The translations under genes were made by a program, and so were the position numbers. A stretch of DNA of 63,583 bases, filler included, from a bacterium (GTDB taxonomy: Bacteria; UBP15; UBA6099; JAJRTR01): NCBI GenBank assembly GCA_024278215.1. It is 5 parts of 5 records of this genome, joined end to end, with 100 filler letters (N's around TTAATTAATTAA, not from the genome) between each part and the next. Parts side by side here need not be neighbours in the genome. Positions count along the whole stretch, not along the records: positions 16,921 to 31,076 come from JAJRTR010000128.1; positions 31,177 to 37,390 come from JAJRTR010000129.1; 3 more parts are not named here. The stretch is one strand, 5' to 3'. This document shows positions 22,834 through 32,664 of this stretch, one piece after another (the stretch's first letter is position 1; every line of letters starts with the position of its first letter). The notes under the pieces were generated by a model. That model was not told the DNA's origin, did not search any database, and worked only from the letters and a program-made list of their open reading frames with translations.

Positions 22834-24597
22834 CTACTGTTCATTACTTCTTTCCATTTCCTGTTCGAGGTAGTCCCGCATGACGAGGGCGCGATGATTA
22901 TCAGGAGAAGTTGCGAGTATACGATTACACATATCAAGGGCCGCGTCTATTTTGCCGAGCTGGTGATACACCATTGCAAGGTATAACATGGCGGAAGGAT
23001 TATAGGTACTGAGTTCGATTCCACGTTCGAGGGCTTTTTCAGCGACGTTCAACCTGCCGAGTTTTATGGAGGCCACGCCGATGTTGAGGTATGGAGAAGC
23101 CGCCTCGGGGTTGTAGCGGGTTGCTTCGGAAAAGAAGAAGATCGCCGTTTCGAGCCTGCCCTGCCGTGCGGCGACAATGCCGAGGTTGGTGAGTGCGCGA
23201 TAGAGGCTGCCATAGCGGAAGTCCGACTGCCTGCCTTCCGCCGCCAGACGAACCGCCACGACGAGAGTATTACCCGCGTCTTCGAGGCGGTCTTCATCGA
23301 GGTATGCAAGTCCGAGGTTCACCATCGCGCGGGCCGACGCCGGCGCGCAGTTGCAGGCGTCCTCCCAGAACTCGACGCGACTGTCCCAGACGCGGTTTCT
23401 CCTGTGCGTCATGAAGCCTGCCGCCGCTATTGCCGCTATCATCAGCACAGCCAGAATCGACCGGTTAAGGAAAGGGAATGGTCTGTCGCCTGACAGAAAA
23501 AGGTAATCGGCGGCGACGGCGATCGCCAAGAAAAAGCCTATGGAAGCGATATAAAGATAGCGCTCGGCCATTACGACACCGATGGGAATGATGTTGCTGA
23601 CCGGCAACATGAATAAGATGAACCATGCCACACCGAAAGCTACAGGACGGCGGACGAGATAGAACAACAACGCGGTGCCCGACAGTGCGATAAGGACGAA
23701 TATCGCAATGAGTGTCGCAGGGTCGCCGAGCGACGGATGCTCTGCAAAGAGGTAATCGACGCATTGTATGTCGGGCCAGAAAAGTAGATTAATGTAGCGC
23801 GCGAACGCCTGAATCATGATCACGGCGGTGGATCGGAAATTGCCACCGTGGTATATGAGCACCTCGTGAGGCCCCTGCATCGGGCCGAAGCGGATGATAA
23901 GATAAAATATGGCGGGAACAGCGAACAGCGCCGCCGTGCCCCATGCGCGCGCCACACTCTTTTCGTCGCTCAGGTAATATTCATAAGCGAGTATAACGCA
24001 CGGGAACACAACTGCCGTCTCCTTGGAAAAAACGGCGAGCAGGGCAAGAATGAGCGAAATAAACAGATATACCGGCGACGCGCCGTCCCTGTATTTGATG
24101 TAGACAATCAAGGAAGCGAGACAGAAAAACGCCGCGAGGAGATCCTCGCGGAAAGTTATCGCGTTTATGGCTTCAGTCTGGATCGGATGCAGAGCGAAGA
24201 GCAGGGCCACGCCGAGCGAGAGCCAGTACTTTCTCGTGAAACGCGCCAGAAGCGCCAGCACCATGAACACGTTCATGATGTGCAGCACGATGTTGAACAT
24301 GTGGTATCCGCCGGAGTGGAGGTCCCAGAGATAATATTCGATCATGAAAGTGAGTGTGGTCACCGGTCTGTAGGATAATTCGACAGGCTGCGTGAAATAC
24401 GTCTTGTCGAAAAGGTGCGGGATGTTGGAAATGCTGTGAATAAAGTGATTGTCCTGAATCAGGTATGTGTCGTCCCATATAAACGGGTTGTCGAGCGTGT
24501 TGTAATAGGCGAAAATAACAGCGCAGAAAATGATGATTATGGCGGCGAGCCTGGCCCCCTGCGAAACAGTTGCGTTTGTATCAGCAGTACCGTTCAT
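22834..24597 (-). CDS. TMTC-like GT-C glycosyltransferase with TPRs
   Basis: FIWDDTYLI, YRPV, HPIQTEAI, SKET, LPVSNII, AERYLY; TPRs; start at ATGA overlap with upstream stop. Confidence 0.85.
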   Translation of the reverse strand: MNGTADTNATVSQGARLAAIIIIFCAVIFAYYNTLDNPFIWDDTYLIQDNHFIHSISNIPHLFDKTYFTQPVELSYRPVTTLTFMIEYYLWDLHSGGYHMFNIVLHIMNVFMVLALLARFTRKYWLSLGVALLFALHPIQTEAINAITFREDLLAAFFCLASLIVYIKYRDGASPVYLFISLILALLAVFSKETAVVFPCVILAYEYYLSDEKSVARAWGTAALFAVPAIFYLIIRFGPMQGPHEVLIYHGGNFRSTAVIMIQAFARYINLLFWPDIQCVDYLFAEHPSLGDPATLIAIFVLIALSGTALLFYLVRRPVAFGVAWFILFMLPVSNIIPIGVVMAERYLYIASIGFFLAIAVAADYLFLSGDRPFPFLNRSILAVLMIAAIAAAGFMTHRRNRVWDSRVEFWEDACNCAPASARAMVNLGLAYLDEDRLEDAGNTLVVAVRLAAEGRQSDFRYGSLYRALTNLGIVAARQGRLETAIFFFSEATRYNPEAASPYLNIGVASIKLGRLNVAEKALERGIELSTYNPSAMLYLAMVYHQLGKIDAALDMCNRILATSPDNHRALVMRDYLEQEMERSNEQ

Positions 24598-26414
24598 TTG
24601 CGTCCCGACATTTCTTCCGCTGTCTTTTTCAGTTCCAGCAGAGTCGTATTTCCCGGCTGTCTCAGGAGGCCGTTGTGGATGATGGGCACGGCCCTGGCGA
24701 CGTTGCCCACGGTAAGCCACGTCGCCGCGAGCGAGATGCGCGCCTGCGTGTCGCCGGGATCGAGCAATAGAGATTCCTCGAAACAATATATTGCATCATT
24801 ATAGTTTTGCAGACGGATTCGCGCAATTCCAAGCCGGTACCATGCCTGCCGGAAACCCGGCTCTTCGTTGACCGCGTCCAGGAAGTAGTCGGCGGCTTCT
24901 TCGTACTGACCGTTGCTCATGAATGCCGCACCTTTGTAATAAGATGTCTTCGATGTGTCCGTGCCGAGGTGTACCGAAGAAACCATGAACAAGACAGCCA
25001 CTGCCATGAACCCGGTGATGATGCCGAGCAGAGACTCGTTGAGATTTTCGTTTTTCATCCCGCGCATCAGCGACCACACAACAAGGCACGCGAGCAGCAC
25101 AGCGGGCACCGCGGCCAAACTGCCTGCGCCGCTGATATAATTTCCGATTGTACGCAATTTATAACCGCCCACGAGTAGAGGCATAGTAAATTGAAACAAC
25201 GGCGCGTTGAATATATGTGGAACGTGTGGTTCGACAAGGTTGATTATGAAATAGTAGATGATGGAAAACACGCCCGCGCCCGCCGCTGTTCCCCGCGCGT
25301 ATCCGTCGAGATTGTTCCAGCCGGCGGCGGCGAGAAGTGCAGCGAACGGCAGGACATGCACAAGGAACCTCGGCCCCGGCGCGAAACCGCCATACGGTTC
25401 ATAATAAGCGGAGTTGATGACCAGACCGGAGAGGAATATCAGGCCGCAGGCCACCGCTGCCCTGCGTTTCAGCGCGCCCGATTTCCAGGCCGCTGACATG
25501 CCGGGCAGCGCGAGCAACAGGAAAGGCTGCGCCCAGAACAGACCGCGCTGCGGCTGAAATAAAAGCTTAAAAAACACCTTCGGGTCGGGGAAAGTCACAC
25601 CGCCTATTCCCCTGCCCATTTCTACTTTGAACCACTGTTGCACCTCATATTGATAACCGATGTGAAGCGGATGCCCGAATGCCGCCGCGTTGTAGCCGGC
25701 CAGCACGGCGAGAGCGGCTGCCGCGCCCGCTAAAAGTGCCGCGCGGTGGCGCAGGCTGCGCGAATCATAAAAAGAAATCGCGATAATAATCGCCGCTGGA
25801 ACCGCCGCCGGATATTCGCATACAATCGCATATCCCGCCAGCACGCCTGTAAGAAATCCGGTGAGCGGCGTTCGACGCATATTGCCTGCCGCTTCGCTGA
25901 ACCAGATGAAGAATGCCGCCATAAGCAGTGCGGCCGCCGGTTGATGGCTGTAGAAAAGGCCCGAATAGGGCATCGCGAGCGTCCCGGCCGCGTAGATGAC
26001 CGCCGGGAAAAGCGCGTCGCCGCCGGATAGCTGTTCGGCAACTTTGCAGAACAACAGGAGCGACAGCACCGAAGGCAGCGCTATGATGAGCAGGATCAGC
26101 GGCCACTGTGCGACAGGATTGTCGGGATGCCAGTCAGCATCAGGAAAAACTCGCGCCAATACAGCTACAACACCGGCCGCGGGCAGCGAAACACCCGGCG
26201 CTTTATCGCAATAATAATGGCCGTTGTAAAACGCTTTGTCGATTGTGTTGGTATGATATTCGTCGATATTCAGGTCGCCGCTCAAGGCGAGAGAAAAGGC
26301 GAGATCGAGCCTGCTCGCAGCATTGTCGTATGCCGTGTTGTGCATGTTCCATACGTAGCAGATAAGCAATATTGCCACGAGCACTGTCGATGTCAAAAGC
26401 CTGTTGTTTTTCAT
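24594..26414 (-). CDS. Probable GT-C glycosyltransferase (DKAPG type) with TPRs, paralogue of 20772-22727
   Basis: SRLDL, NTIDKAFYNGHYYCDKAPG, GPRFL; TPR tail. Confidence 0.7.
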   Translation of the reverse strand: MKNNRLLTSTVLVAILLICYVWNMHNTAYDNAASRLDLAFSLALSGDLNIDEYHTNTIDKAFYNGHYYCDKAPGVSLPAAGVVAVLARVFPDADWHPDNPVAQWPLILLIIALPSVLSLLLFCKVAEQLSGGDALFPAVIYAAGTLAMPYSGLFYSHQPAAALLMAAFFIWFSEAAGNMRRTPLTGFLTGVLAGYAIVCEYPAAVPAAIIIAISFYDSRSLRHRAALLAGAAAALAVLAGYNAAAFGHPLHIGYQYEVQQWFKVEMGRGIGGVTFPDPKVFFKLLFQPQRGLFWAQPFLLLALPGMSAAWKSGALKRRAAVACGLIFLSGLVINSAYYEPYGGFAPGPRFLVHVLPFAALLAAAGWNNLDGYARGTAAGAGVFSIIYYFIINLVEPHVPHIFNAPLFQFTMPLLVGGYKLRTIGNYISGAGSLAAVPAVLLACLVVWSLMRGMKNENLNESLLGIITGFMAVAVLFMVSSVHLGTDTSKTSYYKGAAFMSNGQYEEAADYFLDAVNEEPGFRQAWYRLGIARIRLQNYNDAIYCFEESLLLDPGDTQARISLAATWLTVGNVARAVPIIHNGLLRQPGNTTLLELKKTAEEMSGRK

Positions 26415-27997
26415 TTATTATTGTTGTCCGCGGGCGGTGCCGGTCTGAGAACCCACTGTCCGTTTTCATAGAGAATGATGTATCCATCGGGTTTGCGGGT
26501 CAGTATCAGGCTCGGGATAAAAGCGACCGGAATGAAACCGGAGCGCGTGCCCGGTCGGTTCATATATTCGAAATGGTGCGGGATGAACGAATGCCTGTTT
26601 TCCGGATGATATATCAACGTGTGCCCGTAAATGCTGAGTCCGAGCAGTTCATTCCCGAAAAGGGTCTGGTAGTTGTTGGACTTGGTCAGCCTCCCCATAT
26701 TGAAATCCACAATATAAACGGCGAAACCGGCGGGCAGCAGCGCGGTACCGTCGGTGTTCTTTTTCACTTCTCTTTTCGGCAACACAACCGCGCCCGGCAG
26801 GTAATAAAAGAAAAGCGCCCGGTAGTTGTTGTAAACCTGATCGTCCACTACCAGCACAATATTATCATTTGTCGTGCCGAGATAATTGCAGAGTTGCATA
26901 AACCTGCTCTGCCCCCACTTCAGGCCCGAAAGGTTCATCACCGTCTGGAAAGCAGTCAGTGCAAGCAATGCGGCAATCAGGGGCGACCACTTTTTTATTG
27001 TCGCCGCATCCCTGAAGAACATGGCGGCGCCGAGCGCGAGAAATGGTATTATGGCAAGCATGTAATAGCTGTGCACGAAAAGGAAAAAATACAAAACGGA
27101 AAAAGGCGCAGCGAGGGCCGCCGGCCACCAGCCCGCGCCCCTGCGCAGGGCGGAGCGATACAGACCGAGCAGTCCCAGACAGAAAACAGCAGGCGACGCT
27201 CCCCAGAATATCTCTTTAATCATATACAACAGGTTATTCATAGTCGGCAATGCGAACGCGCTGCCTTCGTATACATTCTTAATAAGGGCGGGCGACCTGA
27301 GCAGATGATGAAAAACAAACGGGGCCGGGATAATAACGGCCGGAATGAGGAAAAGTATGATTCGCCGGTTGATCCACTTCAGTGATCGCTTCTCGAGAGT
27401 CGCGGCGAGCAGCAGCCCGGGCAGCAGCAACACACCGAAATTCTTTGTAAAACAGGAGAGGCCCCACAACACACCGGCGGCAAGCTTGAGCAGAGCCTCA
27501 CGCCTGTGTCCGTTTGAAATCAGGAACAGCCACGCCGCACCGAGTGCGAAACTCACATAGGCCGCATCGGGCTGCGCCTGTCTGCCAAGCACGACGTATA
27601 CAGGACACACAGCGAGAAACGCCGCGGTCAGCAGACCCGCCGCCCGACCGCCGATGCGGCACCCGATAAGATATATCCATAGCAGGGACAGCAGGCTGAA
27701 AAAGACCGATACAAGGCGCGGCGCGGCCTCGCTGAAGCCCACAGCCCGCATCGCAAACCACGAGAGTATCGCATAAACAGGCCGCACTTTATAATCAATG
27801 AGTCCGCCCGATACCGTCGGATTCCATATCGACGTTTGCTCGAAGTTGCGCGCCTGCGTCGCGTACCATGCTTCGTTCAGCGCGTGGTATCCCCCGAAAG
27901 GCTCGTCGATGCGCACACACCTCAGATACGCTCCGGCGACCAGTATCAGGACGAATATAAGAAATACCGTTGTCCTGTTTTTTGTGTTCGTTTTCAT
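26411..27997 (-). CDS. ArnT/PMT-family (GT39/GT83-like) membrane glycosyltransferase
   Basis: NEAWY...ARN, GFSEAAPRL.S, AQPD, CFTK; multi-TM with periplasmic C-terminus. Confidence 0.78.
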   Translation of the reverse strand: MKTNTKNRTTVFLIFVLILVAGAYLRCVRIDEPFGGYHALNEAWYATQARNFEQTSIWNPTVSGGLIDYKVRPVYAILSWFAMRAVGFSEAAPRLVSVFFSLLSLLWIYLIGCRIGGRAAGLLTAAFLAVCPVYVVLGRQAQPDAAYVSFALGAAWLFLISNGHRREALLKLAAGVLWGLSCFTKNFGVLLLPGLLLAATLEKRSLKWINRRIILFLIPAVIIPAPFVFHHLLRSPALIKNVYEGSAFALPTMNNLLYMIKEIFWGASPAVFCLGLLGLYRSALRRGAGWWPAALAAPFSVLYFFLFVHSYYMLAIIPFLALGAAMFFRDAATIKKWSPLIAALLALTAFQTVMNLSGLKWGQSRFMQLCNYLGTTNDNIVLVVDDQVYNNYRALFFYYLPGAVVLPKREVKKNTDGTALLPAGFAVYIVDFNMGRLTKSNNYQTLFGNELLGLSIYGHTLIYHPENRHSFIPHHFEYMNRPGTRSGFIPVAFIPSLILTRKPDGYIILYENGQWVLRPAPPADNNNK

Positions 27998-29909
27998 CGA
28001 GATGCAGGAGTTCCCAAAGATTTGATTTTTTCATATATCCCGGCAGCCGCCTCCGCTCTGCCGGTGCGTTTGTAAATGCTGTACAGGAGGTGATAGGAAG
28101 CTGTCGAGGAAGGATCAAGTTTTATGCTTTCGAGCAACTCGGACTCGGAGCGTTTCATATTCCCCAGTCGCAGATATGCCTGTCCGAGAGCGCCGTGATA
28201 GACCGCCGAGCCGGGTTCCAGCGCGACCGCCTGTTCGAGCCACTCGACCGCCTGCTTCAGAGCCGCGGCATCCTCCGAATTCTTTATTATATATTGTCCC
28301 GCGATAAAGTATGATTGTGGTCTGTCCGGGTCTGAGGCAAGTGCTTTTTGTATATATGCCAGGCCGCGCTCGTAATCGCCCCGCGCCGCGTATAAGTCGG
28401 CAAGATGATACATAGGTTCGACAAAATCCGGCTTCAGTTCGACCGCGGCGAGAAACGACTCCCGCGCCATTTCAATGTCGCCCAGCGCGCGATACGCGAG
28501 TCCGAGGTTATAGCGATATTTGAATTCGTCGCCCGTCTGCTCGCTGCCGGGTACCAGGGCATATTGTTCCATCGCGTTTTCAATGTCGCCGGCTTTCAGG
28601 TAGGCGTTTGCGAGGTTCATGTGTGCCTCCGCGCTTCGAGGCGCGCAGGCTGTCGTATCCTGCCAGAACGACAGATCACTCTGCCAGGCGGCAAGACGAA
28701 GCGGTGTCAGAACGCAAAAAAGTATTCCGAACGCCGCCGCGCACACAGCGGCAGTATGCGGGCGCGGCAGCCTCTCGAGCAGAGCCGCCGCAAGGAACGC
28801 AAACGCGAAAGACGGTATGTAAAGATAGCGTTCCGCCATCGTTTCTCCAAATGGGATTATATTGGACACAGGCAGCAGGCTAAGCAGGAAAAACGAGGCG
28901 GCGAAACCGAGTACGGCGCTCCACCCGGCAAAGAATATCGAATTGCAGGCCGCTACATCACCGATCGGTTCGGATGCGTGTGTTTTTCGGCGCGCACGTA
29001 CCGCCGCGCCTGCAATCGCTATCATCATGATAACAAAAAGTATTGCCGCCGGAACGATAACATTATTGCCTGCATCAATAACGTAATCGGCGCACAAACG
29101 CGCGGGGACGGCCAGCAACAAAAAGTATCTGATGAAAACATAAGACATGATGCTGAAAGTGCGCCATCCGCCGCCGCCGGGCCAGTCCGCACCGCCGCCC
29201 GGATTCGCGAGCCATAAATAGTGGAAGCCAAGCAGCAACAGGACGCCCGCGACATAAGGCAGATATTCCGGTAGCCTGTCCTTGAGAAGTTTAATAAACG
29301 GCTTTTCGCGGTCTGTGACGTAAAAATGATATGCGAAAAGAACCAGCGGGAATGAAGCCGCCATTTCCTTGGAGAACAGCGCGAGCAGGAAACACACGGT
29401 CGCCGCGACTCGCCCGCGCGCGCCGCCGCGCAGATGCAGGGCGAACGCCGCGAAAAAAAAGAGTCCGCAGAGTATCTCCTCGCGGTTCGACGCCAGCGCC
29501 ACCGCCTCGGTTTTCACAGGATGCACACCAAACAGAAACGCCCCCGCGAACGCCCACCATGGGGCGATCCCCATTGCCGCCAGAAGATAAAAAACAGCAA
29601 CGGCGGCGAGCGCGTGCAACACAACATTGAATGCGTGAGCGCCCACAGGCGAGGCGTTCCACAAACGATGGTCGATGAAATATGAAAGCGTCGCCACAGG
29701 CCTGTAAGTGCGTTCCGCGAAACGGTCGTAGTAGTCGGACGAAAAGACGGCGGCAATATCATCCACGCTGTCGAACGACTGGTTCCTTAAAATCACATCG
29801 GTGTCGTCATATAGATAGGGAATCCTGAGCGCGGGGGTAAAAACGATAAAAGTAAGGATAAAAACGAGCGCGGCAAGGGGCAGGGTCAGTGTTTTTTTTT
29901 ACCCGGCAT
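27994..29909 (-). CDS. TMTC-like GT-C glycosyltransferase with TPRs; frameshift in A9 tract near 5' end
   Basis: In-frame TM1 and YLYDDTDVI upstream of the annotated GTG (29796); ATG at 29909 rejoins the frame if A9 becomes A10; YRPV, HPVKTE, SKE, AERYLY motifs. Confidence 0.8.
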
Positions 29910-29945
29910 GATGAATGATCCAGCGGTATTTACCATCGTGCGTAA

Positions 29946-29974
29946 ATTATATCGCCGCCCGGAAGTCAAGTCAA
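29946..29974 (-). promoter_or_regulatory. Sigma70-type promoter of glycosyltransferase operon
   Basis: Minus strand TTGACT (29974-29969), 17 bp, TATAAT (29951-29946). Confidence 0.75.
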
Positions 29975-30628
29975 TTTTCACTGATTTTGCAACAGACAGC
30001 AGAATCAGACCGGGATTCGTAGCCTGGCGTTCAGGATTCAGAAAAAACCACTACTGTCGTGTCACGCATTGAATGTCGGCAAAAACGGCAGGACACGATC
30101 TCCGATACGCACCTCAAATAATGAGAGTATTTTCATGCACAAAAAAAAGAACTCATTAACTGCATGGCACATTATAGATTTTCTTGGTTTCACATACGCA
30201 ATTCCTATTGCTAAGCGCTATATATACGTTGTAAGGAGAGACAGATGAATTCACAAAATCGCACAGGTTCAGTATAATTACACACAGGTGGCACCAGCAT
30301 CCATTCTTTGACATTACTTGTCGAAATGGGAGGAAATTTTTTGACTGATAAGATCAGGAACGGATAACATATAATGAGTATATTTCACAACAAACGATTT
30401 CCAGGACATTCAAAGCTCTTTTTACTAATGTTCTCTGTGATATGTTTATATATATCAGCTTGCGAATGATTTGATGAAACGATGTTTCTCCATTATCATT
30501 CATATTGTAAATGGCTCTAATGTAAAAGATACAATTTATCAGTAATCGATCCGGACATTACTATATATGGATCAGGCGCAATGGTGTAATATACGGATTA
30601 GATCAGGGAAAGTGATTCGGAGAACGTA

Positions 30629-31076
30629 ATGAAAAAAACATCAGTGGACGAACTCAAACCGGGTATGCAACTGAGCAGGGCTGTGAAGACGAGCGATGAC
30701 GGCACTATGTATGAATGCTGCATCCTCCTGAATGAAGAATCGATACAAAAGATAAAAGACGCCGGAATCGAGCATGTGCATGTAATAGTATCGGCGGATG
30801 TCCGCGACTCGGGCGCGGCGCTCGAGCTGCTTGTCGAAAAAGGTTTTCAGGACTCGCGTTCGCGAACGGTAACGCACGCGAGAGAATTCCTGTCGAAAGC
30901 TGCAAGAGGCGAAGCCCTGCAGGAGTCGGGTCCGGAAGCGAAAGTGCTTGACATCCTCGAGGAACTTGTCACGGACAGGAACATCCTGCTGAAACTTGCC
31001 GGGATCAATTCCGTGGACAACTATCTTTTCGCCCACGCGGTAAATACCACCGCGCTCGCGCTGCTGATTGCAATGA
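30629..31076 (+). CDS. HD-GYP domain protein, N-terminal part (truncated by gap)
   Basis: VDELKPGMQLSRAV N-terminus and DNYLFAHAVNT typical of HD-GYP proteins. Confidence 0.75.
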
Positions 31077-31176
31077 NNNNNNNNNNNNNNNNNNNNNNNN
31101 NNNNNNNNNNNNNNNNNNNNTTAATTAATTAANNNNNNNNNNNNNNNNNNNNNNNNNNNNNNNNNNNNNNNNNNNN
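31077..31176. other. Artificial contig spacer
   Basis: N44-TTAATTAATTAA-N44. Confidence 0.97.
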
Positions 31177-31203
31177 AAGCTTCATCGCGACACCCCGGCG
31201 GAA

Positions 31204-32523
31204 TCAGATGCTGAAAATAACATTTTCGTCATTGGAAAGATCAAGTTTGTTGCCGACGAGTTGTTCGTGTTCGGGCGCGTCGGCCTCGAGCACTTTAATC
31301 ACCGGTCTGAACCGGTTTGCCGATTGCAGAACTTCGGCCCGCATGACGGGTTCGGTTTTTTTGCCTTCGTATACCTGTACGATTTCGCCGAAATCGAATG
31401 GGCGCAGAATGCTGAGAAAAGCGCGGACGAGTTCGCCGGAGAAAATGCGGCCCGCGCCGCGCGCCATGAATCGTATGATCGTGCTGCGGTTGAAGCGCGT
31501 CGAGTATTCGTCATAGAGGTCCACAACGCTGAGGAGTTGAGAGAAAAGGTGTAGCTCTTTTTCCTTTTTACCGTTTGGGTAGCCTGAGCCGTCGATATAT
31601 TCGTGATGATTTTTTATAATATTTCTGGTGAGCGGTCTTTCGTCGGCCAGGATCGAGAGTTTTTCCTTAAGAAGCTGATTGGACAAGTCCATGTGTTGTT
31701 TCAGTTTATCGTCGATGTGTCCCTTGCGCGAGATGATGATTTTCGGCTCATTGCGGAAACAAATGTCGTGGAACAGGGCACCGTAGAAGCCGCTGAGGAC
31801 AAGACTGAGGTCACCTTTTTTCGCGGGTTCCACATCGGCGGGCGCACGGTCGCGGCCATAGTAGTCGTAGTAGACGACAAGCGATTTTGCCTGCGTGGGG
31901 CGGCCCTGGGTCAGCCGCGACACCTCCGCCTTATTCTTGAAGCGCCATGCCTCGATGCCGGCCGGAGAATTTTTTCTCTGCTTATTAAGGATCGCCATGG
32001 TGGCCAGCCAATAGATCGCCGCGTTGACAAGGTGGTCGTAGTAGAAGTTGTGCGAGCGCAGGTCGGACGGTCCAACTGTGACTTCATCTATCTTTTCGGG
32101 TCCGAAAATGCCGTCGACCATTTCCACGACCATGCTTGTGATGCCCTGAATTTCCGCTTTGTAGCTGGGCTTGTCGTCCGTGTAAATCCTGACGAGATAG
32201 CGGTGAATCCGGCTGGCGTAGTAGCTGATGGTCTTCAGCGAATCGTCGTCGAGATCGTCGATGGATTCGAGTCGTTTCGTCACCCTGATTATAGTGTCTT
32301 TGCTGAGGCTCCAGCTTTCGTACAGATTGCGCACAATGGTATCCGTGAGAATGCTGCGCGGGTCAACAAGCTTGCGTTTCGTCCTGGGATCACGTAGCGC
32401 ATCCACGCTGTAATAGCGTTCCTTGCTGTTTGCCAGTATCTCGTCAAGCTGCCCCAGGGGGTACTCTTCGATGGGGCTCTCTTCGACTTTTATTTTCTGA
32501 TCCTGCACGGGCTCGTCCGACAT
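31204..32523 (-). CDS. HD-GYP domain cyclic-dinucleotide phosphodiesterase-like protein
   Basis: YDHLVN, ALFHDI, HHEYIDGSGYPNG, VVDLYD. Confidence 0.82.
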   Translation of the reverse strand: MSDEPVQDQKIKVEESPIEEYPLGQLDEILANSKERYYSVDALRDPRTKRKLVDPRSILTDTIVRNLYESWSLSKDTIIRVTKRLESIDDLDDDSLKTISYYASRIHRYLVRIYTDDKPSYKAEIQGITSMVVEMVDGIFGPEKIDEVTVGPSDLRSHNFYYDHLVNAAIYWLATMAILNKQRKNSPAGIEAWRFKNKAEVSRLTQGRPTQAKSLVVYYDYYGRDRAPADVEPAKKGDLSLVLSGFYGALFHDICFRNEPKIIISRKGHIDDKLKQHMDLSNQLLKEKLSILADERPLTRNIIKNHHEYIDGSGYPNGKKEKELHLFSQLLSVVDLYDEYSTRFNRSTIIRFMARGAGRIFSGELVRAFLSILRPFDFGEIVQVYEGKKTEPVMRAEVLQSANRFRPVIKVLEADAPEHEQLVGNKLDLSNDENVIFSI

Positions 32524-32664
32524 GGATTTTCCTTTCTGACATCATCATACCGGCAGTCGGTGCTCCAGTCAATGTGTTGAGCGCACATGATTTATGACGC
32601 GACCGGCTAACAGAAGGGCGCCACATATACCGCCCTCCTTTCGCACTGTAACCCAGGCGCTGAA

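Noticed and set aside
24598-24786. N-terminal extension of the 22834-24786 ORF
   Set aside because: Overlaps the upstream gene's TPR coding region; the ATGA-coupled start at 24597 fits the operon pattern.
30629-32523. Two convergent HD-GYP genes as a c-di-GMP locus
   Set aside because: They lie on opposite sides of an artificial spacer, so linkage is unsupported.
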